A DNA stretch of 64,000 nt from a virus, in the IMG/VR virus record IMGVR_UViG_3300035698_002820, positions 7,302 to 71,301 of that record; one strand, given 5' to 3'. The number at the start of each line of letters is the position of its first letter. Position 1 is the first letter of the stretch. Below the pieces are notes generated by a model. It had not been told where the DNA came from, ran no database searches, and saw only the letters and a program-made list of their open reading frames with translations. The position numbers and the translations under genes are program-made. Below are positions 18,872 to 27,326 of this stretch, one piece after another.

Positions 18872-18960
18872 TCACATTTAAAATGCGTTGACGGCATGTT
18901 TTGTATCAATATTGCTGGGTGATGGATGAAATGCGTTTTTTTCATTGCAAAATAACTTAT

Positions 18961-19014
18961 ATACTTTATACTATAACTAAAGTATCTATTAGTATCATTA
19001 GTACTAATAGATAC
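18961..19014. repeat. AT-rich overlapping palindromes
   Basis: GTATCTATTAGTA-N7-TACTAATAGATAC (18982-19014) and ATACTTTA-N9-TAAAGTAT (18961-18985). Confidence 0.8.
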
Positions 19015-19047
19015 CTTATAGTCCGTACATAGTTCTTTGGAATCGTG

Positions 19048-19350
19048 TTAAAATGTGGGTGGTATTGGTCCGTGCACTCTGGCAACTGGAGAAGCAGTTG
19101 GTGCAGGTACCATGGCCAATGCAAAGGCTGCCAGCAGGTTCTGTGCCAGCTCGGAGTGTTCCATAGTGAAGTCAATGAATCTTTTGTTCATCAGATGCAA
19201 GGCCAGTTCATTGGCAACTACGATTATGGTTCCCTTGCCTTCTCTGTCTGTGGTCATGATGACAGCAGCAGTATCACCATCCAGCTGCATGCTCTGATAC
19301 TCACCATCTGCCCAGGTGATGTCTATTTTCTTGATTTGCTTTCTGTCCAT
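19048..19350 (-). CDS. Hypothetical early-region protein
   Basis: GGAGG RBS. Confidence 0.6.
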   Translation of the reverse strand: MDRKQIKKIDITWADGEYQSMQLDGDTAAVIMTTDREGKGTIIVVANELALHLMNKRFIDFTMEHSELAQNLLAAFALAMVPAPTASPVARVHGPIPPTF

Positions 19351-19550
19351 TGTTCCTCCATATTTTGTGAATTTGTGTTGCTTTGTGCTTCCAGAAGAGG
19401 CAGAAGTTCCTTGTATGTCAAAGGCTTTTCACACTCTTCAACAGGATGGTACCTGGTGCATGGCCAGTATCCAGAACTCTGTACAGGGTGACCCAGCTGG
19501 CATCTGTTAAGTGAGAATGCTCTGCATCCAGCACAGGTTCTTTTCATCAT
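19323..19550 (-). CDS. Small Cys-rich protein
   Basis: MMKRTCAGCRA...CQLGH...PVEECEKP; C-terminal part of the track ORF. Confidence 0.55.
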   Translation of the reverse strand: MMKRTCAGCRAFSLNRCQLGHPVQSSGYWPCTRYHPVEECEKPLTYKELLPLLEAQSNTNSQNMEEQWTESKSRK

Positions 19551-19551
19551 C

Positions 19552-20172
19552 TTACATTTCCTCTGTCTCTTCTTCCAGGCCGGCATTGTCTTTCCACTCT
19601 CTGATGACTTTTCTGTAATGCTTGCCTGCTGCCTTTTTCGATGTGAAAACAGTGAAATCAAGCACTTCATTGCATCTGACCACAACTTGATATGGTTTGC
19701 TTTTGGGCCTGGCATCACTATTGTGCAGCCAATACACCCAGCAGTTGTTGTGTGTGAATGTGACATCATAAACTTTCCACTCAGGTGGGTCAACCCATGT
19801 GGTAGTGTTCTTTATGATGTCTTGAATCTGTGCCTGGCATTGAGTATCTGTCAGGACACCTGTGTGGACAACCCTACTGGGTTTGCCTTTCAGGCATTCT
19901 AGCAGTTCAGCTGCTCCATCCCTGTCCCTAATGCCTTGAATGTAAGTGCCAGCATGGGTATGCCAGGTGTGCTTGATACACCGCCAGCCCATTTCACGAC
20001 ACAGTAGCTTGTGGAACTCTTTGAGTATAACTGCAGGGTCATTGCCATCCAGTTTCATTGATTCTGTTACCTCCCTACGTATTTGTGGTGATATGAATAA
20101 AACAGTAGACCTGCCACACTTGCTACATGTGTCCAGGCCACTGAACCTTCTGCATTTAGGACATAGATTCAT
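19552..20172 (-). CDS. Hypothetical protein, N-terminal Zn ribbon
   Basis: MNLCPKCRR...CSKCG; AGGGG RBS. Confidence 0.55.
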   Translation of the reverse strand: MNLCPKCRRFSGLDTCSKCGRSTVLFISPQIRREVTESMKLDGNDPAVILKEFHKLLCREMGWRCIKHTWHTHAGTYIQGIRDRDGAAELLECLKGKPSRVVHTGVLTDTQCQAQIQDIIKNTTTWVDPPEWKVYDVTFTHNNCWVYWLHNSDARPKSKPYQVVVRCNEVLDFTVFTSKKAAGKHYRKVIREWKDNAGLEEETEEM

Positions 20173-20437
20173 TGTTCCCCTGTGGTGCTGTTTTCTGCTG
20201 TGGCTTCCCATCTTTGTTAAGCACCTGGTATGGTACGTTAGTGAAGGCAAATTCTGTGGATGTGCCCCACCCACACGCATTGCAGTAAGCCCAGTAATCA
20301 CTGGTAACACCGTAGCCCTCATGCTTACCGCATTTTGGACAGGGTTCAGTGAGTGCTTGAAATGGCATCACAGCTATGGCACCTGGCTTCTGGAGGAAGT
20401 CTTTCCACTCTTCATAAACTGTTGGTCTGGCCATCAT
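20156..20437 (-). CDS. Small Zn-ribbon protein
   Basis: CPKCG...CNACG; GGGGAG RBS. Confidence 0.6.
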   Translation of the reverse strand: MMARPTVYEEWKDFLQKPGAIAVMPFQALTEPCPKCGKHEGYGVTSDYWAYCNACGWGTSTEFAFTNVPYQVLNKDGKPQQKTAPQGNNESMS

Positions 20438-20823
20438 TACTCCCCTATGGCTTCAGATATCACGGTGTCTATAGCCTGGGCCCAACCACTCAGTTTGCTT
20501 ACACAGTCAGGACAGAACTGGATGTTGTCTGGGGGAATCCCTATTAGGCAATCTTGGCAGAATTTGACAGAGCAGCCTTCACACTCCTCAAGCTCAGCAC
20601 CATTCACACCTTCAGCGACATTGCAGCAGTTGCATTCAGGGATGGATTCGTATTCAATCGGGTTACTGTTCTCTGAGACAAATTGCATAGCACAGTCGTT
20701 GTCGTCACACAGATGAACACCACTGACTAGCGTTGACCTGGTGGCCACATTGCTGCAATAAGAGCATATGGGCTCCTCATTGACTTCCCAGATGTAGCCC
20801 ATTGAAACTGCTTGTTTAGCCAT
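20437..20823 (-). CDS. Cys-rich multi-Zn-finger protein
   Basis: Six CxxC-like pairs. Confidence 0.65.
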   Translation of the reverse strand: MAKQAVSMGYIWEVNEEPICSYCSNVATRSTLVSGVHLCDDNDCAMQFVSENSNPIEYESIPECNCCNVAEGVNGAELEECEGCSVKFCQDCLIGIPPDNIQFCPDCVSKLSGWAQAIDTVISEAIGE

Positions 20824-20831
20824 GGTGCCTT

Positions 20832-21068
20832 CTATCTTCTGATTCTACGCCTACGCTTGGATTGACGTACAGCACGGGCAGCACGCCACTCACGGTTGCG
20901 GCTAGATGCTTCCATGTGTCGTTCAGGATGCTTGACACGGTCTGCCGCCTGCCATTTGCGATTTCTATCACGTTCTGCATCTGTAGGCAGCACATTATGT
21001 ATCACAATGTCTTTTATGCCTGAATTGTGTGATGGGCCAGTGACTGGACCACGCATTTTGTGTACCAT
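20832..21068 (-). CDS. Small basic protein
   Basis: Arg-rich C-terminus RQSKRRRRIRR; GAGG RBS. Confidence 0.5.
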   Translation of the reverse strand: MVHKMRGPVTGPSHNSGIKDIVIHNVLPTDAERDRNRKWQAADRVKHPERHMEASSRNREWRAARAVRQSKRRRRIRR

Positions 21069-21086
21069 TAGTTCTTCCTCTTTATG

Positions 21087-21338
21087 TCATCTTTGGTCTG
21101 GTGCAGCAACAAGGGCAAGGCTGGGGAACAATGCTTCACAAACTGCCTGTTCACCGAGAATGCGGCTGCCTTGAGGTATACTGCTGTGTCCAATGTTATT
21201 GGCAGGGTCATATGGGCAGCGGTACAACCTATACACACCTGGATGTACCATTATTGCCTTGATGACGTAGAGCATCACATCACCATGACGAATGTCATCT
21301 GGGCAAATCTCGTAAGCATCAACTATTCTTGGCATCAT
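21087..21338 (-). CDS. Hypothetical protein
   Basis: AAGGAG RBS. Confidence 0.6.
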   Translation of the reverse strand: MMPRIVDAYEICPDDIRHGDVMLYVIKAIMVHPGVYRLYRCPYDPANNIGHSSIPQGSRILGEQAVCEALFPSLALVAAPDQR

Positions 21339-21377
21339 CTCTCCTTTGTGGTAGTATCTCTGCTTGTTAAGTGAAGC

Positions 21378-22010
21378 TCATGACTCATGCTCATTGAACG
21401 CTTCAATGGCCTTGTCTAAGTTGTCGCCAGCATAGGTGAGGGAGCCTGCTTGGCTGAACACTACCCACTCACATTGGTCATTGCATGCCAGCATAGCATG
21501 ATTGCCACGCACTCTTGTATTGGCCATTTGGAGCATCCCCTTGACGTTGTCCAGCGTCCTACTGGCAGCAATCAACTTGATAGCCGTCTCTGAATGCATG
21601 ATGGTGGTGGTGCGGTGCTTCTTGTACACGGTAGGCCTGGGTAGGCTTGCCTCTGGGCAATGAAGGGCAACAGCCCTGCCACCAATGTCAATCTCATTGG
21701 GCAGTGGATTCACTCGCATAGTCACTTCCATGTCGCAGTGGAGGCAACGCATGGATGATACCAGGACATTGCCACCTTTGACTGGGCCCATGACGTGTCC
21801 CCTAAAGTTAGTTGCCTCAAATGCTTGTCGTGTGAGCTCCAGGTGCTTGTCAAAGTCGGCTATGGTGGGGAAGTCGGCCTGCCCAAATGAAGCAGGCTTC
21901 TTACGTGCTGCCTCATATGCTTCAGGGTCAAAGTGATAGTGCTTCTCAGGGTCATAGGGCAGCAGTGTTTCTTCTTCTTGTTGACGACCATGGTGCTTTT
22001 CAGGTAACAT
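21378..22010 (-). CDS. Hypothetical protein
   Basis: AAGGAG RBS. Confidence 0.6.
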   Translation of the reverse strand: MLPEKHHGRQQEEETLLPYDPEKHYHFDPEAYEAARKKPASFGQADFPTIADFDKHLELTRQAFEATNFRGHVMGPVKGGNVLVSSMRCLHCDMEVTMRVNPLPNEIDIGGRAVALHCPEASLPRPTVYKKHRTTTIMHSETAIKLIAASRTLDNVKGMLQMANTRVRGNHAMLACNDQCEWVVFSQAGSLTYAGDNLDKAIEAFNEHES

Positions 22011-22021
22011 AGGTCTCCTTC

Positions 22022-22336
22022 CTATCTGTCTGTGAGCTCAAGTATCCACTCTTTTCGCCACATCTCACCAGTGCTCATGTGCTCATACAAGCCAGTGCGT
22101 GAGATGCGGCAAAAACAATGTGTGGCACCTGTGCTCTTGATTTGTATGGAGTACCAACGCATTGTGTCACGCTGTGTGAAGCACATCCGCTGGCATACTG
22201 TCCCGTGTGTTGGAGCACTTGGAGCATCTGGAACAAGGCCCAGAGCATCCAGCATGATGTGTGGAGCATCCTTTGGCATTGTGAGCAGCATCAGAGCAAG
22301 CAAGATGCCCCATGCCAGCACTTGACGTTTTGTCAT
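22022..22336 (-). CDS. Hypothetical protein with signal peptide/TM segment
   Basis: MTKRQVLAWGILLALMLLT. Confidence 0.55.
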   Translation of the reverse strand: MTKRQVLAWGILLALMLLTMPKDAPHIMLDALGLVPDAPSAPTHGTVCQRMCFTQRDTMRWYSIQIKSTGATHCFCRISRTGLYEHMSTGEMWRKEWILELTDR

Positions 22337-22581
22337 GACGTGCTCTTCTTCATGCGTCTACGTCTACGCTTGGCATTGTGCTTGCGTCGGCGCACTCTCT
22401 TCTTGTCCTTACGCATCTTCTTACGTCGGATACGCAGCGACTTCTTTCTGCGGTCACGATGCTTGAGCCAGCCAGCAGTCTTCTTGGCAGGGTTGGTGCG
22501 CTTGATGGACTGTTGCAGCCTGCGTACTTTATCTGCGAAACTGAAGTCGTCACCAATCCTGGGTGTGTTATCTATAGTCAT
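22333..22581 (-). CDS. Very basic (protamine-like) small protein
   Basis: RRKKSLRIRRKKMRKDKKRVRRRKHNAKRRRRRMKK; AAAGGAG RBS. Confidence 0.6.
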   Translation of the reverse strand: MTIDNTPRIGDDFSFADKVRRLQQSIKRTNPAKKTAGWLKHRDRRKKSLRIRRKKMRKDKKRVRRRKHNAKRRRRRMKKSTS

Positions 22582-22617
22582 TCTCCTTTCTCAAATGCAG
22601 CCGTAAATCGGCTGATA

Positions 22618-22932
22618 TTATGGTTTCAGTCCAGTGTCGAGTAGGTCTTCATCAAGCCAGCGGTGACATGTCAGACACCACCACTCTGCTCCAATCTCAC
22701 CATGCGTCTTCAAGCTGCTGCGAAGCAACTTGCCTTCACAATACGGGCACACTGACGCAATGCCGTCACGTCGTTCATCTTCTTCTGGGTTGACGTTGAC
22801 AATGGTTCCAGCAGTGATGATGTTGCCACCAAAAGCACTGTCAATAGCATGGCGCACTGCATCATATGTGCCAGGCAAGGTGATTCTTTCATCGTCAACC
22901 ATCATGCTGATTCTCAGAGTCAATTTGCGCAT
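22618..22932 (-). CDS. Hypothetical protein with Zn ribbon
   Basis: CPYCEG...WCLTC; AAGGAG RBS. Confidence 0.6.
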   Translation of the reverse strand: MRKLTLRISMMVDDERITLPGTYDAVRHAIDSAFGGNIITAGTIVNVNPEEDERRDGIASVCPYCEGKLLRSSLKTHGEIGAEWWCLTCHRWLDEDLLDTGLKP

Positions 22933-22940
22933 GCTTCTCC

Positions 22941-23330
22941 TTATGTGGGTCTGCCAGGGCTGGTGAGGTACTTGTCTTTCATGTCCTTACGGTACCACTT
23001 ATAGCTAGTCAGTGCATCCACTAGCTTGACGTGTGAGCCAATTCTGATAGCTGGAAATTTCTCTGGCATAGGTTGGACTGCTCTGACATATGCTCTGCCT
23101 ATTGGCACATTCACACGTGCTATGAAAATGCGTGGTCCTGGGGTGCCATCTCGTAGCTTGAATCCGTGTGTTTCAACAATCCAATCCCACCCGTGCAGGT
23201 CAGCTATGCTGCCTTCTATACATCTACCTGCTGTGGTAAAGTTCTCCACAGTTCCATTCCATCGCAGGTTGAATCGTCTGTTGCTGTTGAACCTGCCACT
23301 GTTTGGGTTGACATACAATTCATTTGGCAT
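22941..23330 (-). CDS. Hypothetical protein
   Basis: AAAGGAG RBS just after element D. Confidence 0.6.
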   Translation of the reverse strand: MPNELYVNPNSGRFNSNRRFNLRWNGTVENFTTAGRCIEGSIADLHGWDWIVETHGFKLRDGTPGPRIFIARVNVPIGRAYVRAVQPMPEKFPAIRIGSHVKLVDALTSYKWYRKDMKDKYLTSPGRPT

Positions 23331-23347
23331 TGTTACTACTCCTTTGT

Positions 23348-23483
23348 GATTGATTCCTACTGCCTGCTACTCTGGTGGGTGTGACACCCCGATGGGGCAG
23401 AGTGGCTACCTGGCTGAAAAGGAACGGATGAACAGGCAGGTAGCAGCTGTGCTGAACAGAGTAGCAGGCAGCAGGAATCAGTC
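23348..23483 (-). ncRNA. Candidate structured RNA (element D)
   Basis: 27-bp terminal inverted repeat (23457-23483 with 23348-23374; one G-U, one mismatch on minus), inner GCTACCTG/CAGGTAGC stem with CU-rich loop, and CCCC/GGGG or GGGTG/CACCC hairpins. Confidence 0.6.
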
Positions 23484-23498
23484 CTGCTGCGCCCTATA

Positions 23499-23945
23499 CT
23501 ACACACCAAACCATTTGGCAACATCACACCAGGTGCCGGCCACCAGTGCTTCACTGAAGTCATTTTCTTTGCCATATACCTGGGCACGTTCATCTTCAGG
23601 TGTGACATCATATCCATCACGCGGTGTGATGCAGTAGATGACATCTCTTGATTCGATATCACAGAACCTGAAGTCATCATACAGCTCACCACACACTGGG
23701 CAGTTGTTCTTGAAGAACACATACATGGTGTCTTGGTTGACTCTGGGTGACTGAGCCAGCTGCTTTACCAGGCTGCCCAGGCACTGTGTCTTTGCAACCA
23801 GTTCTCTGTCTTCACAGAACCAGTCGTACCAGCCTGCCTCACACTGGGTGTGCACATCAGCAGCATCATAGTCACCATTGTTGAAGTGTTCAATCCATTC
23901 ACGTAGTGTCATCCGTTTTTTATCCACCGTGCTCCTTCCATTCAC
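23499..23945 (-). CDS. Conserved-looking phage hypothetical protein
   Basis: AGWYDWFC...YVFFKNNCP...LYDDFRFCD. Confidence 0.7.
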   Translation of the reverse strand: MNGRSTVDKKRMTLREWIEHFNNGDYDAADVHTQCEAGWYDWFCEDRELVAKTQCLGSLVKQLAQSPRVNQDTMYVFFKNNCPVCGELYDDFRFCDIESRDVIYCITPRDGYDVTPEDERAQVYGKENDFSEALVAGTWCDVAKWFGV

Positions 23946-24510
23946 TAACTTGCTGTGTGATGATGGTTTGTGGCTCTTCTACTACTTCTTCAAGCAAGAC
24001 AAAGCTCAATGCTTCAGCACCAGAACCTCTGACCCACCTGCCTTCGTACTGGTAGTACCACGGTCCTTCATCAGGCACATCTGTATCAAGTTCACGCACC
24101 ACAAGGTAGCTTTGATAGCCATATTCATTCTCATCCTGCTTGGCCTCAAGCTGCTTGGGTGTACTGACGTCCTCAGCACTCATCAGTTCCTTGAGGCTTT
24201 GGAACTTGACACCACCTTTGCCGTATGATTCGTCCCAGCCAGTGAAACCCAGCACTTCACATACGTCAACACCATTGTTGTAGTGGGCATATCCTGCAAG
24301 TACTACCATGCCTGCTTTCAGTTCGGTCTGCTGAATGCGCCTGATGCCACGAAACATACTGCCATTCGTAGCTCTGATGGTATCACCTTTAGCAATACAC
24401 CTGATGAGATAACGGGTATCAGTATTATCACCCGTCCAAAATTCTCTCTGGTCAAAAACAGTCATGGCATTCCTTCCTTTCAGTATATGAAGTCGCTCTC
24501 GAATGGCCAT
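23920..24510 (-). CDS. Hypothetical protein
   Basis: Operon packing; likely start MTVFDQ. Confidence 0.6.
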   Translation of the reverse strand: MAIRERLHILKGRNAMTVFDQREFWTGDNTDTRYLIRCIAKGDTIRATNGSMFRGIRRIQQTELKAGMVVLAGYAHYNNGVDVCEVLGFTGWDESYGKGGVKFQSLKELMSAEDVSTPKQLEAKQDENEYGYQSYLVVRELDTDVPDEGPWYYQYEGRWVRGSGAEALSFVLLEEVVEEPQTIITQQVSEWKEHGG

Positions 24511-24755
24511 TCATCAAGGGCACGGGTGTCTGCGTAAGCATCCCTGATGTTGTTGATTGCACGCAGGATGTCAGCAGTATAGCCATTCAGGCCCAAACTT
24601 TTGAGGTACGTGTTGAACAGATGGTCAGGTGTGATGTGCTTGATTGCTTCGTCCTCTGATGAATCACCACCATCTATCCCCAGTGATATTCTTGCAGCAG
24701 CCAACACATCAGTGGATTCAATTGCCTCAAAATCTTTCATTCCAGTTTCAGCCAT
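24480..24755 (-). CDS. Hypothetical acidic protein
   Basis: GGGAGG RBS. Confidence 0.6.
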   Translation of the reverse strand: MAETGMKDFEAIESTDVLAAARISLGIDGGDSSEDEAIKHITPDHLFNTYLKSLGLNGYTADILRAINNIRDAYADTRALDEWPFESDFIY

Positions 24756-25059
24756 TGAATTGTGCCTCCCATATTTCTACACGTGCTATGTCTGCCCCCA
24801 TCCAGGAACCAAAGTCCAGGTCAGTATCACGGTTGAGGTAGAGCATCAGCCATTCAACAAGTAGAGTAGCTGATGCCTTGGAACTGAATGTGCCCAGCCA
24901 CACAGCTTCTTCAGAATTGTACCATGCCCGTATCTCTGTTTGGTCAGGACGCACTTCAGTTGGCCGGTCATACATGACTACGTCACGAATCTTCGTGAAC
25001 TGAATCATGTGGTTGGTGCCTGGCACTAGAAGAAATGTGCGATTCTTGGGGACTGCCAT
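24748..25059 (-). CDS. Hypothetical protein
   Basis: AGGAGG RBS. Confidence 0.6.
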   Translation of the reverse strand: MAVPKNRTFLLVPGTNHMIQFTKIRDVVMYDRPTEVRPDQTEIRAWYNSEEAVWLGTFSSKASATLLVEWLMLYLNRDTDLDFGSWMGADIARVEIWEAQFNG

Positions 25060-25062
25060 TGG

Positions 25063-25341
25063 CTACCTCCTACCAATTGATGGTGGCCTGCCGTGCGTCT
25101 GTGCCATGATGAATTGCCGCTTTGCACCGCAGCAACTGCACGTAGCCACACCCAGGTCAATGTGCTCACCCACTCTGGCACGTGCCACTTGATTCAGGGT
25201 GGCTGGTATCAGGAATGCTCCACCAGGGATGTACTTCATTCTGTTGGCACTGGGACATCCAGTCCCCCGCTTGCCAGGAATTGGGTTATGGCCGAACGCA
25301 CCATACCCACCGTCTTGAACACCTATTACAACTTGCTGCAT
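25063..25341 (-). CDS. Hypothetical protein with Zn ribbon
   Basis: GGGAG RBS; CSCCG. Confidence 0.55.
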   Translation of the reverse strand: MQQVVIGVQDGGYGAFGHNPIPGKRGTGCPSANRMKYIPGGAFLIPATLNQVARARVGEHIDLGVATCSCCGAKRQFIMAQTHGRPPSIGRR

Positions 25342-25377
25342 GTCAAGCTCCCTTCATTCAAAATGTGTGGTTTCTTA

Positions 25378-25399
25378 CTTAACAGTCGTATCACAGTCA
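25378..25399 (-). promoter_or_regulatory. Conserved phage motif, copy 4
   Basis: TGACTGTGATACGACTGTTAAG, inside a ~53-bp repeat (25358-25410) shared with 26178-26229. Confidence 0.7.
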
Positions 25400-25416
25400 A
25401 AATGTGCTGTCAAGCA

Positions 25417-25641
25417 CTAGTAGGTTCCATCACCAACCTGAACACCATCAAAGTCATACAAGCCATCTCCAACAGCATCCAGCACTTCAGTGGTGCCGTA
25501 GTCATCCAGGACGTCCTGCAGCTGTCCTGAGTTCCATAGTTCAACAACTTGTACCTCTGTTCTGTCCAGCAACTGTGCCAGTTCTTCAGTGCTCATAGTG
25601 AAGTTCAAACTGCAGTTGATGCCTGAAATTTTCTGTGCCAT
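25417..25641 (-). CDS. Small acidic protein
   Basis: D/E-rich; GGAAGGA RBS. Confidence 0.6.
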   Translation of the reverse strand: MAQKISGINCSLNFTMSTEELAQLLDRTEVQVVELWNSGQLQDVLDDYGTTEVLDAVGDGLYDFDGVQVGDGTY

Positions 25642-25643
25642 GA

Positions 25644-25916
25644 TTATCCTTCCTCTCTGTTTGCTTGTTCATGCCTTTTGATAGCCTGGCGCATCTCTGC
25701 TTCAAACCATACTCCAGCCCATGAATTGTAGCAGAATCGTATTTCACCCTGGCCTAGCAAGTCTGCATCGAAAACAGCTATGTGTTTGGGTTCCTCAAAT
25801 ACGATGGCTACCATGTGGATGTTTTGTGCTATGTAAGTGAACCTGATGACATAGAACGGTTCACCACTGATGCCATTGCGGTGACGGGCAACCTCAATGA
25901 TGTCACACTTTGACAT
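25644..25916 (-). CDS. Hypothetical protein
   Basis: MSKCDIIEVARHRNGISGEPFYV...; AAGGAGG RBS. Confidence 0.65.
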   Translation of the reverse strand: MSKCDIIEVARHRNGISGEPFYVIRFTYIAQNIHMVAIVFEEPKHIAVFDADLLGQGEIRFCYNSWAGVWFEAEMRQAIKRHEQANREEG

Positions 25917-26166
25917 TTTGTTCCTCCTTTTGAAGATACTTAATTGCATTCTGTAGTAACACACAGCTATCCTTAAATCCACCGAGTGCACGGTTGCACT
26001 TACCACACAGCAGCCCACGCACAGTGCCCAGCCCAATACCCAAAACAGCATAGTGAGCTGGGCACATGTTGGCCCACACCCCTAAGATAGTCATGCCATC
26101 ATACTCTGCTGGTGTTGAGCAGAAGTTGCATTCTGGCAGAGATGAGACAGCTACCTGATTACTCAT
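25903..26166 (-). CDS. Chimeric small protein ending in an endonuclease VII C-terminal half
   Basis: VRGLLCGKCNRALGGFKDS...LQNAIKYL fused to CNFC...YDGMT..GVWANMC..H. Confidence 0.55.
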   Translation of the reverse strand: MSNQVAVSSLPECNFCSTPAEYDGMTILGVWANMCPAHYAVLGIGLGTVRGLLCGKCNRALGGFKDSCVLLQNAIKYLQKEEQNVKV

Positions 26167-26193
26167 GTGAGTTCCTTTCAGAAATGTGTTGTC

Positions 26194-26646
26194 TTACTTA
26201 TCGGTCGTCATACAGTCAAAATGTGCTGTGAGCACACCCACAATCTCTGGCCACGTCATATCCTTGAATTGTTTGCGTAGTCCTCTCAAGGCACAGTGGT
26301 CAGCGTTTGTGGCTTGCCCTAGCATCAAGTTGACTGCTGCCCTCATTCGTCTGGGTGTCGTGATATCAGCTAGAGCAACAAGCAGGCGCACATTCAATGA
26401 ATCATCACTAAATTGCCCTGCTGCGTCACGAAAGGCATCCTGGTCATTGCTAGCCTGCCACCCGTTTTCTTCCATCTCACTCAGACTCAGGCAAGTCACA
26501 TTGTCCTGGCCAAATCGCTGTTGCTGAATGACATTGTTGTGGTCAATGGGTGTCAATCTGTCTTCACGCAACAATGCCTCATACTCTGCAAACAGTAATT
26601 CATTCTTTCTGTATGTTATTGCCCAATATACTCCAATTTCATCCAT
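26194..26646 (-). CDS. Hypothetical protein
   Basis: Operon packing. Confidence 0.55.
   Translation of the reverse strand: MDEIGVYWAITYRKNELLFAEYEALLREDRLTPIDHNNVIQQQRFGQDNVTCLSLSEMEENGWQASNDQDAFRDAAGQFSDDSLNVRLLVALADITTPRRMRAAVNLMLGQATNADHCALRGLRKQFKDMTWPEIVGVLTAHFDCMTTDK
26197..26218 (-). promoter_or_regulatory. Conserved phage motif, copy 5
   Basis: TGACTGTATGACGACCGATAAG at the 3' end of the 26194..26646 ORF. Confidence 0.65.
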
Positions 26647-26648
26647 AC

Positions 26649-27023
26649 TTAGTCACCATCCTTTTCGTGCCAATTTATCTCTTGGCATTCCATGACATAC
26701 AGTTCAGCATCTTTGCCATCTCTCAACCATTCAACCAGGCTATCAGTGCGTGCTGTCTGGCTGAACGGACGCCATGGGCTGCTCCAGTTGTTGGCACGTT
26801 CTACGTGCGTTTTGAAATCACCAGGTTCTGGGTCATCATCATCATATTCCCAGTCGCTGATGTGTGGGTTGCCCCATTCATACAGCTGGTCTTTGATAGT
26901 ATCTTCAAACGTAGTCTTGATGCTCTCCAGCCGGTCAAACTCAGCCAGTAGTGCTTGATAGTCTTGGTTGGCAGCACACACTTCATCAGCAATCATCTGG
27001 GTGGCAATCGGCACTCCAGGCAT
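26649..27023 (-). CDS. Hypothetical acidic protein
   Basis: Operon packing. Confidence 0.55.
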   Translation of the reverse strand: MPGVPIATQMIADEVCAANQDYQALLAEFDRLESIKTTFEDTIKDQLYEWGNPHISDWEYDDDDPEPGDFKTHVERANNWSSPWRPFSQTARTDSLVEWLRDGKDAELYVMECQEINWHEKDGD

Positions 27024-27065
27024 CCATGTGTGTCAGCATTGTGATGACTAAGAAGTAAGCAAACC

Positions 27066-27326
27066 TCATTGATGCACTACCTCCCTCTGGCAGTTCATAG
27101 ATGGCCTTTTGCTGGTGCGCTGCAGGTACTCTTCTTCAGAGTGTGGTATATAAAATGCACGGCACTCACCACCATAGTTCTGAGGACAATCTGCACACAC
27201 TTCTTGTGATACCTTTGCTATCTTGCTAGTTGTAAGCACAATCAGCGGTTTGGTCACAAGCTGGTCAAAGTCCCTGTCAGCAGGCAGATGTCCACCTTCT
27301 CTTCTGTCCTGATAGAAGTCGCTCAT
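27066..27326 (-). CDS. Small Cys-containing protein
   Basis: AAGGAG RBS before MSDFY; CADCP...C. Confidence 0.55.
   Translation of the reverse strand: MSDFYQDRREGGHLPADRDFDQLVTKPLIVLTTSKIAKVSQEVCADCPQNYGGECRAFYIPHSEEEYLQRTSKRPSMNCQREVVHQ

Noticed and set aside
18982-19014. Protelomerase telRL site
   Set aside because: The palindrome is short with a 7-nt spacer, and no protelomerase gene is in the window.
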